Source of the DNA: Eledone cirrhosa
Lineage: Eukaryota
Reading direction: 5' to 3'
DNA length: 64,000 nt
Assembly (NCBI GenBank): GCA_964016885.1
Contig: OZ024753.1
Coordinates: 6,386,001-6,450,000, forward strand
Position numbers and translations under genes: made by a program. The notes under the pieces are model-generated. The model was not told the origin of the DNA. It searched no databases and worked only from the letters and a program-made list of their open reading frames with translations. Below, piece by piece: positions 13,925 through 25,620 of the stretch. Numbering within the stretch: position 1 is the stretch's first letter; every line of letters begins with the position of its first letter.

Positions 13925-14759
13925 TTAAGGAGTAAATATATACATGTATATACATGTATATATATATATGTATAGATAAAATATGTATATGCATATATAT
14001 ATACACATATATTTATGTGTGAATATATATATATAATATATGTTTATATGTATATAAATATATAATATATTCAATATACTCATTAATATATATACTATAT
14101 ATATATGTGTGTATATATGTATATACATATATATGTAAAAATATATATGTAAAATATATATATGTATATATATATGTGTATATGTATACATACATATATA
14201 TGTAAAATATATAAATACATATATATATATAATATATATGTGTATAAGTATACATAAATATATATGTAAAATATGTGTATATGTGTACATACATATATAT
14301 ATGTATACATATATATAATATATGTGAAATATATATATATATATATATGATATATCTCTCTCTATATATATGATATATATATATTTTACATATCTATGTA
14401 AAATATACATATATACATATATATATAATATATAGATATATAATATATATAGTAATAATAATAAATTTGAAGACTAAAATCCAAAGAGGGCTCGATAATA
14501 TATATGTGTATATTATATATATATATATATAATATATATATGTGTATATTATATATATATATAATATACACATATAATATATATATATATTTAATATACA
14601 CATATAATATATATATGTGTATAGTATATATGTATATATACATATACACATATATTATATATATATATGTGTATAGTATATTTATATATACATATACACA
14701 TATATGTATATATACATATACACATATATTTTATATATATATAGAAGTATATATACATA

Positions 14760-14791
<32 letters not shown>

Positions 14792-14856
14792 GTTTAAATT
14801 ATATATATATATATGTATATATACATATACACATATATTTTATGTATATATATGTG

Positions 14857-14888
<32 letters not shown>

Positions 14889-14959
14889 GTTTAAATTATA
14901 TATATATATATGTATATATACATATACACATATATTTTATGTATATATATGTGTATATT

Positions 14960-14994
<35 letters not shown>

Positions 14995-15091
14995 CACATA
15001 TATATATATATATATATATATGTTTAAATTATATATATATATATGTATATATACATATACACATATATTTTATGTATATATATGTGTATAT

Positions 15092-15123
<32 letters not shown>

Positions 15124-15620
15124 CACATATATTTTATATATATATATATGTGTATATTATATATATATATATATACATATATAATATATATGTGTATATA
15201 TATATATGTGTGTATATTATATATATATATATATATACATAATATATATGTGTATATTATATATATATATATATATACATAATATATATGTGTATATTAT
15301 ATATATATATATATTATATATATATATATATATATTATTTATATATATATATAATATATGTATATATATATATATATATTATTTATATATATATATAATA
15401 TATGTATATATATATATATATATTATTTATATATATATATAATATATGTATATATATATATATGTATGTATATATATTATATATATATATATATATAATA
15501 TATGTATATATATAATATATGTATGTATATATATATATAATATATATATATATATAATATATGTGTATATATATATATAATATATATATATATATAATAT
15601 ATGTGTATATATATAATATA
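13925..15620. repeat. Long degenerate (TA)n region with internal tandem duplications and an F2 tail fragment (14450-14499)
   Basis: Repeated TGTTTAAATTATATATATATATATGTATATATACATATACACATATATTTTATG units at 14790-15070. Confidence 0.9.
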
Positions 15621-16628
15621 TGTTCATTATAGTCCTCCAAGCCATAACAGAGGAGTTTAAGACTGGCTCTCCATGGGAACTTCTCTATGCTGACGATCTG
15701 GTTCTTATAGCAGAATCAGTAGAGGACCTAGAGAATAAATTCTGGCTCTGGAAACAGCAGTTGGAAGCAAAAGGACTGAGAGTGAACCTAGTTAAGACAA
15801 AAATGTTGATAAGTAGAAAAGAGGACAAAACTCTGATTCCATCAGGTAAAATGGCCATGTTCGATATGCAGAAAAGGAACTGGCATAAATTCTATAAAAT
15901 GCACACAATGCAGATCCTGGGTACACAAGAGATGTAGTGGGACAGCAGGCAAACTAACAGGTAGGGAGAAATACGTATGCAGTAGATGTACAGGGAAATA
16001 AGACAGTAGAAGTTGCACTGATAGACACATTTTTCAAATGCAGGCGGGTGCTATAGAAGTGGTGGATAGCTTCCGGTACCTAGATCAGATTAGCATGGGG
16101 GGAGTGTTTTCCGAGGCCATAGTATCTAGAATAAGGACGGGTGGAAGAAGCTTAGGGAGCTGCTTCCTCGCGTACGAAAGGTCGATTATATGATGCATGT
16201 GTAAGGAGCGCGATGCTGCATGGTAGTGAGACATGGGCAGCAACTGGAGAGAAATGAGGCAAGGATGCTCCGTTGGATGTGCAAAGTCAATGTGCGTGAA
16301 CGACCCAGCATGAATGTGTTGAGAGAGAATCTGTCTGAAAGGGATAGAATGTAGTGTGCGAGAGAGGACACTGCGATGGTATGGACATGTGATGCGCATG
16401 GAGGATGACCGATAGGTGAAGAGGTGCCAGGAAATCCCAGTTGAAAGATGACGTGGTAGAGGTAGACCACGAAAAACATAAGCGGAGGTGGTGAGAGCAG
16501 ACCTCAGATCGCTGAAGCTCACGGTGGAGATGACGAAGAACCGTGACAAGTGGAGAGATGCTGTGTTGAAAAGGACCCGTCTAGCCATTGCAAGCAGGGA
16601 AAAGCGGACGTAAAATGATGATGATGAT
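15621..16628 (+). mobile_element. 5'-truncated RTE-clade LINE (RT pseudogene with 3' UTR and (TGA)n tail)
   Basis: FIIVLQAITEEFKTGSPWELLYADDLVLIAES (YADD), GLRVNLVKTK, Cys-rich insert (CSIC..CTQC..HKRC..CSRC), FRYL, LRWYGHVMRM, GRGRPRKT; ends AAAATGATGATGATGAT; frameshifts and stops. Confidence 0.92.
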
Positions 16629-16755
16629 ATGTCTATATGTATATATACATATATACATATATATATTACATAAATATTGTGTGTATATATGTATATACAT
16701 ATATATATATATATACATTGATATAATATATGTGTTTATGTATATACACATAAAC

Positions 16756-16821
<66 letters not shown>

Positions 16822-16862
16822 GATATATTAACAAATGGAAACTATATTTATAAAACCATATT

Positions 16863-16927
16863 TATTTCATTATACATATTTCAAGGACACCAAGTTAAAT
16901 TATGGTGTGCTTTCATCAGATAAAATA
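16863..16927 (-). ncRNA. Type I hammerhead ribozyme, family F4
   Basis: UAUUUUAU-CUGAUGA-AAGCACACCA(UAAUUUAACU)UGGUGUCCUU-GAAA-UAUGUA-UA^-AUGAAAUA; 8-bp stem I, 9/10 stem II. Confidence 0.8.
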
Positions 16928-17077
16928 TAATATAGATCAGTTTTATAAATAAATATTGACATACCCTTAAAGAATGCGACCATTTCTGTTGGAAGCTCCC
17001 GGAGATTCCAACAGAGTGCTTTATATCAGTTATTAAAATATTTGCTTGTTGTATCCCATCAATTTAAATAGAACTTC

Positions 17078-17135
<58 letters not shown>

Positions 17136-17559
17136 CATATGGGGTTATATAAACATATATAAATTCATGTATATGTATTTATATATCAATATGTTGTTTA
17201 TATAAACTATCGTACTTATATAATTATTTGTAAATATCGACAAAATAAATAGAATAAACAGACTTCTAAAGCTATCATACATAATCAAATTTCTTTTTAA
17301 TGATATCAAGTTATAAACATGATCACCTTCCTACTAAACATATGCAAAACGGAAAAAGGAATGTTTGATACCGTGACAAAAAAAAAAAATGTTTCTATAT
17401 ATAATTTGTTCTATTTTTCTCCTCCAGAGATATTCTATTCATTTTAGCAAGCTTCGATCTACATAAAACATGTTTAGCTTTAAAATATATTTTTCTACTA
17501 AATGTAAATATTTCTAGAATCACGATCTAAATATTCATGTCTCTCTTCCCATTCATATT

Positions 17560-17591
<32 letters not shown>

Positions 17592-17643
17592 ATACATACA
17601 TATATATATATAAATACATATATATATATAAATACATGTACAT

Positions 17644-17674
<31 letters not shown>

Positions 17675-17830
17675 ATATATTTATATATATATATATATAC
17701 ATATACAATAAATATATATATATGTATATAAAATACATGTATATTTATGTGTATATATATATATATATAAAATACATATATATTTATATGTGTATATATA
17801 TATATAAAATATGCTCCGAAATCATTAGAC

Positions 17831-17918
17831 GTGTCCGTCGAACCTGCGGGTCCAGAATCAGACAGATCCACACAATGATCGCGTCTCCAGCTGTCCGCCG
17901 GCGAAACAATTGTAACAC
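17831..17918 (+). ncRNA. Hammerhead-like motif family F5 with expanded stem II
   Basis: GUGU-CCGUCGA-ACCUGCGG...CCGCCGGC-GAAA-CAAUUG-UA^-ACAC then AATAAA; core has two deviations; element 17810-17963 lies between (TA)n tracts. Confidence 0.5.
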
Positions 17919-18669
17919 ACAATAAATTGAGTTCGGATGCATCACTGATTATTCGTTTTCTATTATATATATATATATATATATATGAAAAACATGAGGA
18001 GAAGAATACTGCATGGTTGCACATGGATTACATAGTATAAAATTAGTCCCTCATCAATGATTTGCCAACGATCATTGGTATTTCATCGCATTAAAAATCA
18101 TATACCTCAGGTTGGTGCGAGCAATAACTAAAATAAGCTATTGGGACAAGTGAAACGCGTAAAGCGAGTGAGACAAGTAAACAACATAGAAGGAAAAGCT
18201 AACCGAAGATGGGAAGAAAAACAAGCAACATGGTTATCCGATCAGCATAAGCTGGGTGAATTTCATGAACGCTCAGCAAACAGACCTTTCGCTGTGAATG
18301 GGATGTGAGAAAGAAAGAATCCGACTCCTAGCGAACGGGAGGAAGTGAGAAGGGGAGAAACAGAGAGTGAGTGAGTGGAAGTGCGAGGAAGAGGTCAGTC
18401 TTTTCAAGACTATACAGAGCATTTGAAGTTGTCCCAAATTGAAGGTTGAGTACTTTAGACTTTGTTTTATCATAAGTTAAGGCTCTACTGATTTTTCCCT
18501 GGATTTCTCTAAATTATGTTGGATAAATCTCTATCCTGATTCCTTTTCAATTGAGTCTGAATTATTTTTCCCATATCTTATGTTAACTATTTTCCCATTT
18601 CGATGCTGTAGTCACATATATGTTATGGAATACTGTTAGCTTCTCGCTACAACAATTTCTATACTTTTC

Positions 18670-18706
<37 letters not shown>

Positions 18707-18786
18707 ATTTCGGGTTGAGTCGGAGGTAACCACAGTAAGTAAGGTACTCAATACATTGCAGAGTATAAAAGTTTTAATATAGATGA

Positions 18787-18835
18787 GATTCTACAGGACT
18801 AGAACTGTTTCATTCTTTAGAAATAATCAGGAATC
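18787..18835 (-). ncRNA. Hammerhead F6, probably inactive copy (CUGAUUA core)
   Basis: GAUUC-CUGAUUA-UUUCUAAAGAAU-GAAA-CAGUUCUAGUCCUG-UA^-GAAUC. Confidence 0.6.
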
Positions 18836-19204
18836 TGGGTATCAAAAAATAAATATGGTATTTATAGGTCTCTTCAGGTGGTAGAAGGTGGGGAGTGGGA
18901 TGGGTAGAGGTCATTGGTTGATAGAAAAGGGAATTCATTAAAAGCTAATTCTTTAAAGCTATAATTTATATTTAGAGTAACAAAAGCAGAAAGAATTCTA
19001 TAAACAAGTTCAGAATGTGTTGCCACTCCTTATTTTTAAGTTTCACTTAAGCTAACAATGCATAGATTTCAGGTGTCTATAAGATCGTTGGGGGTCAGTT
19101 ATTTTAATGAATTCACTTTTGTATCAACCAATGACCTCTCCCCATCCCACTCCCTACCCTCTCCTACTACCTGAAGAGACCTATAAATACCATATTTATT
19201 TTTT

Positions 19205-19253
19205 GATTCCTGATGATTTCTAAAGAATGAAACAGTTCTACTCCTGTAGAATC
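19205..19253 (+). ncRNA. Type I hammerhead ribozyme, family F6
   Basis: GAUUC-CUGAUGA-UUUCUAAAGAAU-GAAA-CAGUUCUACUCCUG-UA^-GAAUC; perfect stem I, stem III ACAG/CUGU. Confidence 0.8.
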
Positions 19254-19284
19254 TCATCTATATTAACACTTTTATACTCTGCAA

Positions 19285-19784
19285 TGTTTTACAAATAGTG
19301 ATATATTCAATACAAGAACTTATTATTTTAAGTTCTGTTTGAATAGTTCAAACAGAATTTAAAATAAGTTCTTGTTTTGAATATGTCACTATCTCTAAAA
19401 CAACTTGTGTATTTTATTTTTTTATACGCTCTCATCAGATAAAATACAAAAGTTGTTTTACAAATAGTGATATATTCAATACAAGAACTTATTATTTTAA
19501 GTTCTTTCTGAATAGTTCAAACAGAATTTAAAATGATAAGTTCTTGTTTTGAATATGTCACTATTTGTAAAACAACTTTTGTATTTTATCTGATGAGAGC
19601 GTTCGAAAAATGTTGGTACCCTTGAAATATATATAATAAAATAAATATTTTTTTATAAAGATAGCTTCCATTTATAAATATTATTGATATTATACTTCAG
19701 AACAATTTTGTAGAGTGCTTCTAATCTGTTATAAACTAAATTTGTTGAATAACCAACAAATTAAATAACTCATTGGTTATATAG

Positions 19785-19790
<6 letters not shown>
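19285..19790 (+). mobile_element. Family F4 element with inverted 5' duplications
   Basis: Hairpins 19285-19415 and 19426-19601 precede the hammerhead; the 3' tail AGAGTGCTT..ATAACCAACAAATTAAATA resembles 17012-17080; ends in (TA)n. Confidence 0.7.
19582..19643 (+). ncRNA. Type I hammerhead ribozyme, family F4
   Basis: UAUUUUAU-CUGAUGA-GAGCGU..ACCCUU-GAAA-UAUAUA-UA^-AUAAAAUA; perfect 8-bp stem I. Confidence 0.8.
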
Positions 19791-19817
<27 letters not shown>

Positions 19818-19926
19818 AACGAGTAGGACCCCGACGGCTGAGCTCAAGCCGTTTCGACGGCAAATTCTGGACTAAATTTACTTTGGTGCGTTATGGTCCA
19901 CCTGGTTCCTTACCACATTTCCTTCG

Positions 19927-19971
<45 letters not shown>

Positions 19972-20087
19972 TAAGAGGAATTCCAACTTTGTCTGATTTA
20001 CTCGTTTTATTTACAATCCTTTAAAATATATATAATATGGTATTATAATGAAATAGTATGATAGAATATTAAATTCTAAGTGTTAAT

Positions 20088-20126
20088 TGAACAAGTACTT
20101 TCATGCTTTCGCAATCTTCAGGTTCA
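20088..20126 (-). ncRNA. Minimal type I hammerhead, family F7 (mirror copy)
   Basis: Exact reverse complement of 20199-20237. Confidence 0.8.
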
Positions 20127-20198
20127 TGATATGTGGTGACAGTCGAGTTTGCAATTTTCACAGTTGAAAATTGCAAACTCGACTGTCACCACATATCA

Positions 20199-20237
20199 TG
20201 AACCTGAAGATTGCGAAAGCATGAAAGTACTTGTTCA
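20199..20237 (+). ncRNA. Minimal type I hammerhead ribozyme, family F7
   Basis: UGAAC-CUGAAGA-UUGC(GAAA)GCAU-GAAA-GUAC-UU^-GUUCA: perfect stem I, GNRA-capped stem II, palindromic stem III AGUACU. Confidence 0.85.
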
Positions 20238-20442
20238 ATTAACACTTAGAATTTAATATTCTATCATACTATTTCATTATAATACCATATTATATATATT
20301 TTAAAGGATTGTAAATAAAACGAGTAAATCAGACAAAGTTGGAATTCCTCTTATTAATATAATCTTCTATACACAATCATACACACCCTTGTATATTTAC
20401 CTATCTATATCTATATATATATATAATGATAATAATAATAAA

Positions 20443-20718
20443 AATTGTTTCTACTTTTGGCAAAAGCCCAGCCATTACACCAGTGCATCACTGGTACTTT
20501 ATTTTATCGACCCCGTAAGGATGAAAGGCAAAGTTAATCTAGGCGGGATTTGAAATCAGAATGGAAAGGGCCGTAACTCTATGCGTCAAAGCATGGTGTC
20601 CGACCCTCTACCGATACTGCCAATCGAATAATGATAATAATAATTGTTTCTACAATTGGCACAAGGCCAGCAATTATCCCAGTGCATTACAGGTATTTCA
20701 TTTTATCGACCCCGTAAA
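20443..20718 (-). mobile_element. SINE A full copy (20443-20625) plus truncated copy (20640-20718)
   Basis: Reverse complement of SINE A with (AAT)n tails. Confidence 0.85.
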
Positions 20719-20722
20719 ATGA

Positions 20723-21117
20723 GACGATTTGTTAAGCCTTCATTATGTTTATTGATTGGTCACGCGCGTTTCGCTATTGATCAGCTCAAGATTTGATTTG
20801 TATCGATCTGGAATCAAAGGCTCGTCGGACCTCTGATTCCAGAGTCGGGCCAGATCAAAACTTTAGCTGATCAATAGCGAAACGCGCAACAACAATCAAT
20901 AAACATAATTATTTCTACTTTTGGCACAAGGCCAGCAATTACCCAGTGCATTACTGGTACTTTATTTTATCGACCCCGTAAGGATGAAAGGCAAAGTCAA
21001 CCTCGGCGGGACTTGAACTCAGATCATAAAGGGATGTAGCTATGCTGGAAAGCATGGCGTCCGACACTTTACCGATATTGCCAATCCATAAACATAATGA
21101 AGGCTTAACAAATCGTC
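20723..21117. mobile_element. Inverted-repeat element family F8, hammerhead-like at 20758-20831 (-), interrupted by a SINE
   Basis: GACGATTTGTTAAGCCTTCATTATGTTTAT at 20723 mirrors ATAAACATAATGAAGGCTTAACAAATCGTC at 21088-21117; minus strand GGU-CCGACGA-GCCUUUGAU..AUCAAUAGC-GAAA-CGCGCG-UG-ACC. Confidence 0.65.
20910..21087 (-). mobile_element. SINE A full copy with 11-bp TSD
   Basis: TSD ATAAACATAAT at 20899-20909 and 21088-21098. Confidence 0.9.
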
Positions 21118-21265
21118 AATACACTGTGTAATTGCTGGCCTTGTGCCAAAAGTAGAAACAATTATTATATTACACTCTGAATAGCTCTACACCTCGTAAC
21201 AGACGTGAATCTAAACATCGAGTGTTCACCTGGGTGAACCTACATATCTTCACGTTACACTCCCT

Positions 21266-21307
<42 letters not shown>

Positions 21308-21471
21308 ATATGATGGACTCTCCTGTGACTCAGAGTTTAACCTCTCCATATATATATATATATAATAAAATTGGAGGCCATATTCAGTTAGTTCGGGTTT
21401 ATTTAAAACCCTGTTATATATATTTCCCTGAGGACTAAAAACCTTTATATATAGAGAGAGATAGATAGATA

Positions 21472-21945
21472 CATGTTTTATTAGCCACAAGGGCACACAA
21501 ATAAAGAGTTTACATACAGGTATATGAAAATAAAACTATTAATAAAATAACAAATAACAATTGAAATCCCCAATAGGGGGAGGTGTTACACAGGGGTTGT
21601 ACACACCCCGAAAAAATATACAACCCTCATCGCCAGGAGGACCAAGAGTGAGTACTCCCTGCCTCTCTTCCTCTTTTTCCTCAACCTACAGGCTTATATA
21701 GAGAGAAGGCCCAACCACTCGGGCCATCTTTGCCACATTCACGCACCTTTTATAAAATTTGCTGGGGTACAGCACCTCTCTCTCCATCCTGATTCTTCTT
21801 CCAAAATGATATTTGAAAAAACGAATCAGTTGCTCGCCGGAGAGAAAGGTATCTGACCTCAGCCCTTTTAACCTCGTCTACCATATAACCTCTTTCCCGA
21901 TAGCCATAACACAGGAAAACCGCCTCTCTCTCGTTTTTGAAGGAG
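21472..21945 (-). mobile_element. L1/Tx1-like LINE 3' end
   Basis: Minus translation MAIGKEVIW*TRLKGL...LIRFFKYHFGRRIRMEREVL...FYKRCVNVAKM resembles the Tx1 ORF2 C-terminus; 3' UTR ends CCCTTGTGGCTAATAAAA; flanked by (GATA)n. Confidence 0.65.
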
Positions 21946-22289
21946 ATAGATAGATATATGCATGTCTGAGCGTGAGTCTCATTAACCGTATATTTATATA
22001 TAATGCTTATTCTGGTATAAGTTTTATTATTGCTGAAATATTTAATGCAGAACTTATAATTGATATTAATGACTTATAAACTAAGCTGTGGCTGTGACAT
22101 GAGCACTAGACTTTCATTTGAAGTCTATTTTTGCTTAATTTATTATTTTACATATAGCATTTATTTATGTTTGATTCTCTGTCAAAACAGTATGATTACT
22201 TCATTAGATTATTCATATAATTTGAAGTGTCTAAAGTCTGCCTTGAGCATGGAGCCGCATCGGGCCAATGCCTATCTCGGTTCTTGTGA

Positions 22290-22430
22290 CGTGAATGGAC
22301 TGAGAGTACAAGACTATTGCTGGTGCTATTTGTCTGCTGAGTATACTGGAGCAACGTAAAATGAAGAGTTTTTTTTGCTCAAGAAGGCAACCTAGTCCAG
22401 GAATCAAACCACTAAGCCCCGCGCCTCCGC
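22290..22430 (-). mobile_element. SINE family B (CORE-like) fragment
   Basis: Minus strand GGAGGCGCGGGGCTTAGTGG..TTCTTGAGCAAAA..TTTTACGTTGCTCCAGTATACTCAGC, homologous to 56261-56600. Confidence 0.65.
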
Positions 22431-23675
22431 TAATTTGAAGTAAAAGAGAAAAATACTGCACAGTCATTAATTTTCAAACACTCAGACACTGAAACTATCG
22501 CATACACACACCTCGACACAGACACAGACAGATAGATGTGCTCACATGAACACACTAATACAAAGGAATGTATTCATTAATACAGACACGTTTGTAAAAG
22601 ATTTCTCTTATCCAATATTCTCTCATACATTATGACGAAATAACCGTATTTTTAGAAGGGACAGTATTCGCCCTTTCTAAAAACCAGGGCTAATAATGAA
22701 GTAGATATCATTTAAAAAAAAAGAACACAAATGACATTTACTAACAGAATCACATCACAATATATAGGGACACAATTGTAACACAAAGGCTAATGTTTTG
22801 TATAAACATATGTTTCTGCCATCCATTCAGAACACGGTACCATTGCTAGTAAGAACCTCTCTAAGCTATCCTCTACTAAGTAGATCCTTGGTAAAGCTTC
22901 CAATTATTATACTGCTTCATTTGTTAATAGTGGGTTTCAACATATGTTCCTAAACATTATATAATGACCAACGCCCAATATGAAATTAGAAATCCTAAGA
23001 CAGCATATTCCCCCCAATGAACACTCAAATATATTTCTAGGATAAAATTACATAGAAATGATAATGAATTTAATAATTTATCAAATAAATAGAAAAAGAA
23101 AGTAGTATTCGAAAGGTTTGTAAATGTTGTAAACGATGGGGAAAGGAGGAAAAGAACACGGATTATTAGGTAGAGTCGGAAATGAGTAAGAAATTCGCTA
23201 CCTATACGAACATTATCAAATGTAATAATAACGTAATAACCTAAGGGTCACCTTTGCCTAGAGACAGGGATCTCAGTCCACAGGGTATCAAGTGCTGGTA
23301 GACGTATACGTAAATAAAACAGTCAATTGCTTAAACTTAATATGAATCCATGTGGAACCTAAATTCATACAGACCAATTTAGCAGCATTAATTTTCATTT
23401 GATAGATAAGTAAATTATTCGGTAACTTTATTTCCCCATTTCTTTACATTAAACGGAGTGGTTGTATTCCTGGTTATTTGGTATTTTTCAATTTTTTTTG
23501 CCTCTGATTTCTTTCGGATGTAAACTTGCGTGATCTTTAATAATCAATTAAAATGCTATGTAGCTTAACGTTGAGAAAATACACATTAAGGTTATCTTAA
23601 TGATCACGTTTGGTAATAGGAATTATAATTCGACGCTCCCCACCCCTATTTCTCTCTCTCTCTTTCTCTCGCTCG

Positions 23676-23720
<45 letters not shown>

Positions 23721-23856
23721 AGAACATACTTACTATAAGACATGAATTTATCTGTTTTGTTTGGCATTTTTTCACGTTGAAATATTTCATCTTTTACTTC
23801 TGAGATTTCTAACGAAAGAAAAAATTATATGCATAATAGGTAGCTTAATTCAATTA

Positions 23857-24036
23857 GGCCAGTGAATTGGCAGTACCGGTAAAGGGTCGAACGCCATGCG
23901 TTGCAGCCCTCTACGTTCTGTGTTCAAATCCCGCCGAGGTTAACTTTGTCTTTCATCCTTACGGAGTCGATGAAATAAAGTACCAGTAATGCAGTGGGTA
24001 ATTGGTGGCCTTGTGCCAAAAGTAGAAAGAATTATT
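23857..24036 (+). mobile_element. SINE A
   Basis: A/B boxes, central domain and tail. Confidence 0.88.
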
Positions 24037-24467
24037 TTAATGCAACATTAAACTCACTTTCATGAAATGCTTTCTTCTTATCATTTCATTTCATTTATTT
24101 TTAGTGTCTTCATTTCGATGTTGTGTTTTATACTTATATACTCTTTTACCCTTTTACCTGTTTCAGCCATCCGGCTGAGGCCATGCTGGGGCATTATATA
24201 TATATATATATATATATATAACAGTTCATGTCCGTTTCTAATTTATTGATAAATGGCACAAAAACGTAGTTATATTAATTGCACGAATATACTGATTGAT
24301 TCCATTTCAAAACAATATAAGAAATGTATATAAAAATGTGTTTCATCTGCTCTTATAATAAATATTTGCTCTATGGGTTTATATATATATATATAATCCT
24401 TATCGAGCCCTCTTCGGATTTAAGTCTTAACATTTATTATTACTATATATATACGTATATATATATA

Positions 24468-25287
24468 TATATAGAATTCACAAGAATCAAAGCTATGTTC
24501 AAAGCATTTATTCACTTACAATTGTTTCATCCAAACGTAGGCTTGGTGTGTCTTCGGAGCATTTTTCAACGTTTGTACATATAATTGACTTCCTATCCAA
24601 CGCAGGAGACATACAGGTACATATATATATATATATATTGATGTACAGTGGAGTGACATATATTATACTATACTATATTTGTACAGCAATTCAAATATAA
24701 AATTAAAATTAAAATACATGCGGCAGATTACACAGATAATGTAAGAGGATTGTTTGTAAATCAGATCTAGTAGATAGTGTATGCGTTAGTCACACATGGA
24801 GCATGCAAGTATGTCTCATTTATATACGATTATTGTGTGGCAAGGTGTTACATGTAATGCAAGCACTTTAAGCGGGTAAGCAAGAGTAGTATGGTGGTTG
24901 TAGTGGTAGTGTATTTTTTGTATAGATCAAAACAGTATGTTTACACACACCTGTGCACCTGTTCTTTTTCTTTTTCTGCACACATACTTTTTTGATCTAT
25001 ACAAAAAATACCCTACCACTACAACCACCATAATACTCTTGCTTACCCGCTTAAAGTGCTTGCATTACATGTAACACCTTGCCACACATTAATCGTATAT
25101 AAATGAGACACACTTGCATGCTCCATGTATGACTAACGCATACACTATCTACTAGATCTGATTATCAAACTATCCTCTTACATTATCTGTGTTATCTGCC
25201 GCATGTATTTTAATTTTAATTTTGATTTTAAATTTGAATTGGTGTACAAATATAGTATAGTATAATATATGTCACTCCACTGTACAT

Positions 25288-25339
<52 letters not shown>

Positions 25340-25620
25340 CTGTATCTGTATGTCTCCTGCGTTGAATAGGAAGTCAATTATATGTGCAAACATTGAAAAA
25401 TGCTCCGAAGACTCCAAGCCTAGGTTTGGATGAAACAATTGTAAGTGAATAAATGCTTTGAACATAGCTTTGATTTTTGTGAATTCTATATAACTGCTCT
25501 GTAGAACAACTGATGTTATTACATTGAGCTATTTATCTTACTGGTAATAAGGTAGTAATAAATGACTGACCTTCCCTGTTTATAGTTTAAAATATACATA
25601 ACTATAAATAGTATCCTTAA
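24468..25620. mobile_element. Large inverted-repeat element family F9 (arms 24468-24940 and 24982-25492, plus 3' tail)
   Basis: About 470-510 bp arms, mostly complementary with scattered substitutions, ~40-nt spacer; (TA)n at both ends. Confidence 0.85.
25401..25447 (+). ncRNA. Hammerhead-like motif F9 (CCGAAGA core); mirror at 24513-24561 (-)
   Basis: UGCU-CCGAAGA-CUCCAAGC(CUAG)GUUUGGAU-GAAA-CAAUUG-UA^-AGUG then AATAAA. Confidence 0.55.

Larger units (their letters stand above)
18703..19288. mobile_element. Inverted-repeat Penelope-like pLTR element, family F6
   Basis: Arms ~18750-18945 and ~19100-19287 are reverse complements; starts at (TA)n; relatives at 11082-11111, 51165-51330, 51400-51558, 56846-56888. 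Confidence 0.75.
19964..20361. repeat. Perfect 197-bp inverted repeat with 4-nt spacer (family F7)
   Basis: 19964-20160 is the reverse complement of 20165-20361 with no mismatch seen; spacer CAGT; starts at (TA)n. Confidence 0.9.

Noticed and set aside
18150-18166. GAAACGCGTA resembling a hammerhead 3' half
   Set aside because: No upstream CUGANGA or matching stem I
19170-19200. Second CTGAAGA in the F6 arm
   Set aside because: Not followed by stem II-GAAA
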